Source: Candidatus Poribacteria bacterium (lineage in GTDB: Bacteria; Poribacteria; WGA-4E; UBA9662). Taken from it: a stretch of 24,713 bases of DNA. Numbering within the stretch: position 1 is the first letter of the stretch; each line of letters begins with the position of its first letter. The notes below the pieces were generated by a model, which did no database searches, was not told where the DNA came from, and worked only from the letters and a program-made list of their open reading frames with translations. A program made the translations under genes and the position numbers. Shown here piece by piece: positions 18,506 to 24,713 of the stretch. Location of the stretch: NCBI GenBank assembly GCA_046582655.1, contig JAYGDX010000107.1, forward strand, positions 1 through 24,713. Direction: 5' to 3'.

Positions 18506-20095
18506 ATGAATAAAGAGCATCTGCTCAAAGACTGTGGTATGCGCAACGTTGGGAACGTACACTGGAACCTTTCCGCTCCTCGATTATACGAAGAAGCCTT
18601 AAAAAACGGTGAAGGGGAAATTGTGTCAGGAGGCCCCTTTGTAACTAACACAGGCATACACACAGGTAGATCCCCTAACGACAAATTCATTGTCAAAGAG
18701 AATTCAACCCAAGACGAAATCTGGTGGGGCAAAGTCAACCGACCGATCTCCGAAGAGAAATTCGATCAACTTCATCAAAAAGTCCTTTCATACTTACAGG
18801 GTAAAACGCTTTACGTCCGTGACTGTTATGCTGGGGCAACACCGGAATACAGGATCTCTGTGAGGATCGTCAACACGTTTGCGTGGCACAGCGTCTTCAT
18901 TGGCAGCCTCTTGCTGCCACCTGAAACAAACAATTTATCAGAAGATTATCAACCGGATTTCACAATCATTGATGTGCCAGAATTTCAGGCAATTCCCGAG
19001 ATAGATGATACCAACTCAGAAACGTTCATACTGGTGAATTTCGCCAAGAAGTTAGTCTTAATCGGCGGAACCGAATATGCTGGGGAGATGAAGAAATCAG
19101 TTTTCACCTATTTGAATTATCTGCTGCCAAAATTAAATGTCTTTCCCATGCATTGTTCAGCAAATGTTGGAGAAGATGGAGATGTTGCCATTTTCTTCGG
19201 GCTCTCCGGTACAGGAAAAACAACACTCTCATCCGCACCAGGTAGGGCATTAATCGGCGATGATGAACACGGTTGGAGCGATAACGGTATTTTTAATTTT
19301 GAAGGAGGATGCTACGCCAAAACAATTCGCCTTTCCGCTGAAGCAGAACCGGAAATTTATGCCTGCACGCGAAAGTTTGGAACCATATTGGAAAATGTCG
19401 TTATCGATCCGGAAACGCGACTTCCAGATCTGGACGATGGTAGCCTGACAGAAAACACACGTGCTGGCTATCCAGTTGATCACCTAGAAAATATTGTGCC
19501 TGAGGGAATCGGAGGTCATCCCAAAAACCTGATAATGTTGACCTGCGACGCCTTTGGTATCATGCCACCTGTAGCCAAGCTAACACCTGAACAAGCGATG
19601 TATCATTTTCTCTCCGGCTACACAGCCAAGGTCGCTGGAACAGAGCGCGGACTTGGCAACGAACCGCAAGCCACCTTCAGCTACTGCTTCGGAGACCCCT
19701 TTATGCCGCTAGATCCATCAATTTATGCCAACCTGTTAGGGAAGAAAGTAAGCAATCACCATGTAGACTGCTGGTTGATCAATACTGGTTGGAGCGGTGG
19801 CGCGTTTGGTGAAGGAGAACGGATGGAAATCGCTTATACGCGTGCGATTGTGGATGGCGTACTGTCCGGTCACTTGGCTGATGTGGCAACAAAAACGGAT
19901 TTGGTATTCGGATTTGAGGTGCCTATATCCTGTGAAGGTGTTCCATCCGAAGTGCTGCAGCCGCGAAATACCTGGAAAGATGGTCAAGCTTATGATTCGC
20001 AAGCAAAAAAATTGGCAGCCATGTTCCTCGAAAATTTCAAGCAGTTTGGCAACAGCATCAATCCAGAAATCATAGCGGCTGGTCCAAAGTTGTAA
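18506..20095 (+). CDS. pckA: Phosphoenolpyruvate carboxykinase (ATP)
   Basis: TGRSP.DKF, YAGEMKKS, MHCSAN, P-loop GLSGTGKTTLS, LIGDDEHGW, NFEGGCYAK and ENTR motifs; 529 aa. Confidence 0.97.
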   Translation: MNKEHLLKDCGMRNVGNVHWNLSAPRLYEEALKNGEGEIVSGGPFVTNTGIHTGRSPNDKFIVKENSTQDEIWWGKVNRPISEEKFDQLHQKVLSYLQGKTLYVRDCYAGATPEYRISVRIVNTFAWHSVFIGSLLLPPETNNLSEDYQPDFTIIDVPEFQAIPEIDDTNSETFILVNFAKKLVLIGGTEYAGEMKKSVFTYLNYLLPKLNVFPMHCSANVGEDGDVAIFFGLSGTGKTTLSSAPGRALIGDDEHGWSDNGIFNFEGGCYAKTIRLSAEAEPEIYACTRKFGTILENVVIDPETRLPDLDDGSLTENTRAGYPVDHLENIVPEGIGGHPKNLIMLTCDAFGIMPPVAKLTPEQAMYHFLSGYTAKVAGTERGLGNEPQATFSYCFGDPFMPLDPSIYANLLGKKVSNHHVDCWLINTGWSGGAFGEGERMEIAYTRAIVDGVLSGHLADVATKTDLVFGFEVPISCEGVPSEVLQPRNTWKDGQAYDSQAKKLAAMFLENFKQFGNSINPEIIAAGPKL

Positions 20096-20164
20096 TCTAA
20101 ACTGCCAAAACCCGCCATTGACAACTGGTTTCTAAAGGCTGTTAACGATGAAAGAGGCGACAAG

Positions 20165-20878
20165 ATAAATCAGTCAAAAAACAGCGCTATAATCACCGGA
20201 GGAACGGGAGCACTCGGAACTGAAATTGCAAAAGTGTTTCTGGAAGATGGATTTCAAATAGCCGTCACCTATATCTTCGATCATGAGGTTGATCCATTTC
20301 TTGAGCAGATCACCGGCTTTGAGCAACAGACCAATTTACATCAGGTGGATATCACCGATCAATCCGAGGTTCAGGAGTTTGTAGCTACAGTCATCAATCA
20401 ACTTGAAGGTATTGATGTGGTTGCCAATATAGCCGGAGGATTCATCGGAGGGCCGTCCGTAGCGGAAATGGATGCGGAGAAATGGGATTTGATGATGAAT
20501 CTCAACTTGAAATCTGTTTTTCTGATGTGTAAAGCGGTGTTGCCTCACATGATCGGACGCGGTCAAGGCAAGATTGTCAACGTCTCTGCACGTGCGGGAT
20601 TGGCAGGCACTGCCGGGATGAGCGCCTACTGCGTGTCAAAAGGAGGCGTCCGGACATTGACGGAGTCAATTGCAGAGGAAGTAAAGGAAAAAGGGATCAA
20701 CATCAACGCCATCATGCCTTCGATCATCGACACGCAGGCCAATCGCCAGTCAATGCCAAAAGCTGATTTTTCTAAATGGGTGTCTCCACGCCAAATTGCC
20801 AAAGTTGTCCGTTTTCTGGTTTCCGAAGATGCACAGATTATTAACGGTGCCGCCATTCCAGTCTACGGTCAGGCATGA
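20165..20878 (+). CDS. SDR family NAD(P)-dependent oxidoreductase
   Basis: Rossmann motif AIITGGTGALG (20186-20218) lies in frame upstream of the ORF-track GTG at 20234. NIAG, NVS and catalytic YCVSK motifs follow. The start is placed tentatively at ATA 20165, after GAGG at 20154-20157. Confidence 0.85.
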   Translation: MNQSKNSAIITGGTGALGTEIAKVFLEDGFQIAVTYIFDHEVDPFLEQITGFEQQTNLHQVDITDQSEVQEFVATVINQLEGIDVVANIAGGFIGGPSVAEMDAEKWDLMMNLNLKSVFLMCKAVLPHMIGRGQGKIVNVSARAGLAGTAGMSAYCVSKGGVRTLTESIAEEVKEKGININAIMPSIIDTQANRQSMPKADFSKWVSPRQIAKVVRFLVSEDAQIINGAAIPVYGQA

Positions 20879-20901
20879 CCTACTAGTCAAGCCTACCACA
20901 C

Positions 20902-21843
20902 ATGTCTCAATCTACAGTCAATATTAGCCATGTCAAGTTTGTTTTTCTCTTTGGTGTTATCCTGCCAAACCTTGCTGTTGCAGCATTTCCAGACCTAGGC
21001 GTAGGCGTACGGCCTTTAGGTATGGGCGGAGCGTATATTGCCGTTTCGGACGACTGCAATGCAACATTCTGGAATGCCGCCGGACTAACACAGATTCAGG
21101 GCAGTGAACTCACTGCCAGCTATTCGATACTTTATGCTGGACTGAATGCGCAACTCTTCAACCAAGACATCGATCAACTTGGCTATCATTTCGTCAGTTA
21201 CGCCCAGCCGATCGGTAGCCCCAGCAACGTTGTAGCCATCAGCTTTCTTTTTTTTGATTCGGCCTTTTACCAGGAACAAACCTACCTGTTCAGCTTTGCC
21301 AAGCAAATTTGGTCGAAAGTGCGGGGCGGCATGAATGCCAAATATCTCCGCACCAACGTGACTGAAACCCCGTATATCGCCACTGATCCGCTTCTAGCAG
21401 AAATCGACTTAACCCAATCAGCGACAACTGTAGACCTGAGTCTGTTTTATGCTTACAGTGACTACATCAGCATCGGCATAACTGGTCAGAACCTGATGCC
21501 AGCTGATATAGGGCTGCTGGAGACGATGCATCTACCCATAAAAGTCGGATTTGGTGCTGCCCATAAAACCAAGGAATATACTCAGGCAATCGACTTTACC
21601 TGGCGCAAAGGAAGAATTAACGATCAACCGATTCTGGGTATGCGGTTTGGACTCGAGCGATGGTTTCTCAACCGCCAAATCGGAATTCGAACAGGTTACA
21701 ACGTTGACACTGCCACCGTCGGTGCCAGTGTAGCTTACGGCGAAACGTACCAAATCCAACTTGACTACGCCTTCATTTACCCGATCAGTTCCATCACCAA
21801 CACAATGGGATCACACCGATTTGGATTTTCTGTCCGTTTTTAG
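20902..21843 (+). CDS. PorV/PorQ-like (FadL-related) outer-membrane beta-barrel protein
   Basis: Signal peptide, then the family signature GVGVRPLGMGGAYIAVSDD..A.FWNAAGL. Alternating beta-strands follow, with IRTGY, LDYAF and C-terminal HRFGFSVRF ending in Phe. Confidence 0.8.
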   Translation: MSQSTVNISHVKFVFLFGVILPNLAVAAFPDLGVGVRPLGMGGAYIAVSDDCNATFWNAAGLTQIQGSELTASYSILYAGLNAQLFNQDIDQLGYHFVSYAQPIGSPSNVVAISFLFFDSAFYQEQTYLFSFAKQIWSKVRGGMNAKYLRTNVTETPYIATDPLLAEIDLTQSATTVDLSLFYAYSDYISIGITGQNLMPADIGLLETMHLPIKVGFGAAHKTKEYTQAIDFTWRKGRINDQPILGMRFGLERWFLNRQIGIRTGYNVDTATVGASVAYGETYQIQLDYAFIYPISSITNTMGSHRFGFSVRF

Positions 21844-21884
21844 CAATATTCGTCCCACTAAAAACCGAAACATGATCCAGAAAC

Positions 21885-22925
21885 TCAACTGTTAGCAATC
21901 CGTTTCAAATTCTTCTCAAACGGCGGATTTACAATCCCTTTCTCCGTTACGATAGCGGTGATCAAATCCGCTGGTGTGACATCAAAGGCCGGGCTGTAAA
22001 CCTTGACGCCGCTGGGTGCGGTTCGTTTACCGAAACCTTCGGTTATTTCTTCGGCCCCGCGTTCCTCTATCGGAATCAAGTCGCCGGTTGCCAGTGAAAA
22101 ATCAAGCGTTGATGTTGGAGCGGCCACATAAAACGGAATCTGGTGCCGACGGGCCAGAATAGCCACGCCATAAGTGCCAATCTTGTTGGCCGTATCTCCG
22201 TTGGCCACGATCCGGTCGGCACCGACCACCACCTGCTGGATCCTCCCTTCTTTCATCACTTGAGCTGCCATACTATCACAGATCAGGGTAACATCAATTC
22301 CGGCATTCATCAATTCCCATGTCGTCAAACGTGCTCCCTGCAACAAGGGACGCGTCTCATCGGCATAAACGTGGATACGCTTGCCATCGTCATGGGCAGC
22401 AAACATCACAGCCAAGGCCGTTCCATAATCGGAAGTTGCCAACCCCCCAGCGTTACAGTGTGTTAGGATAGTATCGCCATCGTCAATCAGTTCTGATCCA
22501 TGCCGGCCGATTGATCGGCACATCTGCTGATCCTCAGCAATAATGGCTAAGGCTTCCTGCAACAGATGTTGTTTCAGCACACATATCTCGACATCCTGAT
22601 ATTCGCTGGCTGTCCGTTTCATCCGATCCAAAGCCCAAAAAAGGTTAACCGCTGTCGGTCGGGAAGTAGCCAAATAATCGGCCGCCTGATTAAGTTCGGC
22701 TTCAAATTCCTGAAAAGATTCGGCCGTTGAGTCCCAGATACCAAGGACAGTACCAAGTGCGGCTGCCACACCGATAGCCGGTGCCCCTCGAACACGCAAC
22801 ATCTTAATAGCTTCCCAAACGGCACCAACGTCATCACAATAGATCTGTTTAAATTCATTTGGCAAGAGTGTTTGATCTATCAAACGGACTCTTCCATCCA
22901 CCCACTCGATTGTTGGTGTCGGCAT
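21885..22925 (-). CDS. mtnA: S-methyl-5-thioribose-1-phosphate isomerase
   Basis: IDQTLLP, VRGAPAIG, RPTAVNL, LTHCNAGGLAT, DETRPLLQGARLT and GADRI..NGDTANKIGTY motifs. Confidence 0.96.
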   Translation of the reverse strand: MPTPTIEWVDGRVRLIDQTLLPNEFKQIYCDDVGAVWEAIKMLRVRGAPAIGVAAALGTVLGIWDSTAESFQEFEAELNQAADYLATSRPTAVNLFWALDRMKRTASEYQDVEICVLKQHLLQEALAIIAEDQQMCRSIGRHGSELIDDGDTILTHCNAGGLATSDYGTALAVMFAAHDDGKRIHVYADETRPLLQGARLTTWELMNAGIDVTLICDSMAAQVMKEGRIQQVVVGADRIVANGDTANKIGTYGVAILARRHQIPFYVAAPTSTLDFSLATGDLIPIEERGAEEITEGFGKRTAPSGVKVYSPAFDVTPADLITAIVTEKGIVNPPFEKNLKRIANS

Positions 22926-23113
22926 GTTACCCTCTCAAATAATATTATTTCAAATACATCCGTTTAAAGCACATTGTTATCTGCACGTCTAGGCATAATT
23001 TTACTTTATATCACTATAATTTAACAGCAGATTCCTTTTCCTGGCCAAGGTGAAAAAGCGCGCAATACGCGACATATCGCCGTCTGGATTGAAAACGTGT
23101 TCAGGATACCCAC

Positions 23114-23148
23114 AAAAAAGTCCCTACCGAAGATAAGGTAAGGACTTT
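23114..23148 (-). terminator. Rho-independent terminator downstream of the 203-aa secreted protein gene
   Basis: Minus strand reads AAAGTCCTTACC-loop(8)-GGTAGGGACTTT (one G-U pair), with the U-run continuing beyond the stem, about 30 nt after the stop. Confidence 0.75.
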
Positions 23149-23175
23149 CTTAAATACTTTAAAATTAAAAGAATC

Positions 23176-23787
23176 TTATTTGACGGACTTAATGCGGCTC
23201 CAAGCCGTACTCAGTTTCGTCTTTGGAGAAACTGCTGTACTAGCACCTGCTTCTACCAAAACAATATAGTTACTGCCGAATCCTGCTGCTGGTTTTTCGG
23301 CATTACCGGGAATTACTACTTTGTCATTGACCGGCTTCTTGCTTTTCCACAGGTTAAAGGTATCCATGTTACCGTCAGTAACTTTGAGAGTTCCTGAAGT
23401 TAGCTCATAATCCTTCTTTAACCAATCGGGTGGTGTTCCTCCCTTTTTCGCGTTCCCGCGGCTATCGTAAGCAATCCAAATAATGGCTGGACGGTCAACG
23501 GAGAATGTAACAAAGGAAGCACCTGTTGATTGCTTTTGGCCGTTGCCAGTCATAATCCACTGGATACCAACCAGATCCGCAGGCATTTCAACAACTGTAT
23601 AATCGCGATCGATATAGTACTTAACGTCCTTTTTCAGACCTTCCCCAATTTCGTATGGCGACTTATCCGCTACTTTCAAGTCAGTGATTTTTACCGGTTT
23701 AGGTGCTGCATCAGCGCCAATCACCATAAAGGCAAATAAGCCCAAAAAACATATTAAAGTTAAATAAACAACCTTTCGGTCATACAT
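23176..23787 (-). CDS. Secreted hypothetical protein (paralog 1) with KL-x3-W-x2-IK C-terminal tail
   Basis: Signal peptide ending ADA and GGAG SD. Core YYIDRDY...GIQWIMT.NG.KQS is shared with the neighbour. Ends AVSPKTKLSTAWSRIKSVK. Confidence 0.85.
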   Translation of the reverse strand: MYDRKVVYLTLICFLGLFAFMVIGADAAPKPVKITDLKVADKSPYEIGEGLKKDVKYYIDRDYTVVEMPADLVGIQWIMTGNGQKQSTGASFVTFSVDRPAIIWIAYDSRGNAKKGGTPPDWLKKDYELTSGTLKVTDGNMDTFNLWKSKKPVNDKVVIPGNAEKPAAGFGSNYIVLVEAGASTAVSPKTKLSTAWSRIKSVK

Positions 23788-23822
23788 CGATTATCTCCAT
23801 TTACTGTGTTTATGCCAGGCAC

Positions 23823-23843
23823 AAAAACCACTACCCAGCGGTT
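23823..23843 (-). terminator. Possible weak intrinsic terminator between the paralogs
   Basis: Minus strand AACCGCT-GGGT-AGTGGTT followed by TTT: a 7-bp stem including one G-U pair and a short U-tract. Confidence 0.35.
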
Positions 23844-23875
23844 CAAAATTATATCTAACTAATAATTGCTAGATA

Positions 23876-24505
23876 TCACTGATTAATACGCCCCTTAATG
23901 TCTCCCCAAACGGAGCTTAATTTCCCTTTGGAGTCAACGGGCGCTTTATCGTCAAATTCAACCAGGACGAGATGGTTACTGCCATGCCCGGCAGCCGGCG
24001 GTTCTGCATTACCACCAACTTCCACCTTGCCTTTGACCGACTCCTTGATTTTCCACAGGTTAAAGGTAGCCATGTTTCCGTCGGTGACGGTAAGGGTTAG
24101 TGGATCTTTGCCGTCCTTCTGCATTTCGTAATCCTCAACCAACCACTCGGGAGGGATTCCACCTTTGTCTTCTTCCCCCCGGCTATCATGAGCAACCCAA
24201 ATAATAGAGGGGACATCAACCTTGAACGTCAGGAAGTCTTTGCCCCTCGACTGCTTATCGCCATTGGCAGTCATAATCCATTGAATGCCTTCCATCTCTT
24301 CCGGCATTTCGGTAACTACATAGTCGCGGTCGATATAGTACTTGGTACCAACCTCCAATCCACCTTCGCCTTCCACATACTCTAACTTACTAGCTGCTTT
24401 AATGTCGGTAATCTTGACCTTCTGTCTGCCTGCATCTGTCACCAAGGGTGAAAACGCGACAGCCAAGATTAAACATATCGGCAATAGCCAAAATAGCTTT
24501 TTCAT
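23876..24505 (-). CDS. Secreted hypothetical protein (paralog 2) with KL-x3-W-x2-IK C-terminal tail
   Basis: MKKLFWLL signal peptide and strong SD AAGGAGGT (24514-24521). Aligns over its full length with 23176-23787. Ends PVDSKGKLSSVWGDIKGRINQ. Confidence 0.88.
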   Translation of the reverse strand: MKKLFWLLPICLILAVAFSPLVTDAGRQKVKITDIKAASKLEYVEGEGGLEVGTKYYIDRDYVVTEMPEEMEGIQWIMTANGDKQSRGKDFLTFKVDVPSIIWVAHDSRGEEDKGGIPPEWLVEDYEMQKDGKDPLTLTVTDGNMATFNLWKIKESVKGKVEVGGNAEPPAAGHGSNHLVLVEFDDKAPVDSKGKLSSVWGDIKGRINQ

Positions 24506-24543
24506 TATACGTTACCTCCTTCATAAAATTCCAACTGACTATA

Positions 24544-24573
24544 ATATTATCATAATTACCTCGCTGATTGCAA
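24544..24573 (-). promoter_or_regulatory. Putative sigma70 promoter for the paralog pair
   Basis: Minus strand TTGCAA (24568-24573), an 18-nt spacer ending TGa, then TAATAT (24544-24549). Confidence 0.4.
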
Positions 24574-24605
24574 CTTAGAGATACTTATATCTTGTTCAGC
24601 CCGAT

Positions 24606-24647
24606 AATGTCGAGATATGTTGTCGAATGTCGAGATATGTTGTCGAA
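24606..24647. repeat. Perfect 20-bp tandem direct repeat (2 copies)
   Basis: AATGTCGAGATATGTTGTCG at 24606-24625 and 24626-24645, followed by AA. Confidence 0.9.
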
Positions 24648-24713
24648 ACTCGTATCATGCAGAACGAAACCGTTGTGCTCTTTCCATGGATGGTATTGAC
24701 TGGGATTTCTCTT

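Noticed and set aside
20118..20123. Perfect TTGACA upstream of the SDR gene
   Set aside because: There is no acceptable -10 hexamer at 16-18 nt spacing.
15902..22858. Numerous short overlapping ORFs inside the regulator, epimerase, pckA, SDR, PorV-like and mtnA genes
   Set aside because: They overlap well-supported genes and show no recognisable motifs.
24606..24647. Possible CRISPR repeat
   Set aside because: Only two abutting 20-bp copies, with no spacers and no cas genes.

Overview
Bacterial chromosomal window of moderate GC with no mobile element, CRISPR array or RNA gene that I can support. Protein signatures (a C-terminal NYPNPFNPETWIPF domain and 'V-x3-4-KL-x3-W-x2-IK' tails) suggest Candidatus Poribacteria or a related lineage (inference). 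It holds a 5'-truncated TPR/GT9-like gene, an MFS plus two Gfo/Idh/MocA genes, and a 2577-aa secreted surface protein (YCF48-like propeller, about 19 Ig-like repeats, ZU5-like HLS module, T9SS-type C-terminal domain). Next come a convergent Omp85-like barrel with a DUF4097-like N-terminus, a decayed Spy/CpxP-like pseudogene, an atypical REC/HD-GYP regulator, a dipeptide epimerase, pckA, an SDR lacking a canonical start codon, a PorV-like barrel and mtnA. It ends with two paralogous secreted proteins that share a short W-containing C-terminal tail. The best leads are a possible lineage-specific C-terminal sorting/T9SS-like export system and a possible autoproteolytic release site in the giant adhesin.
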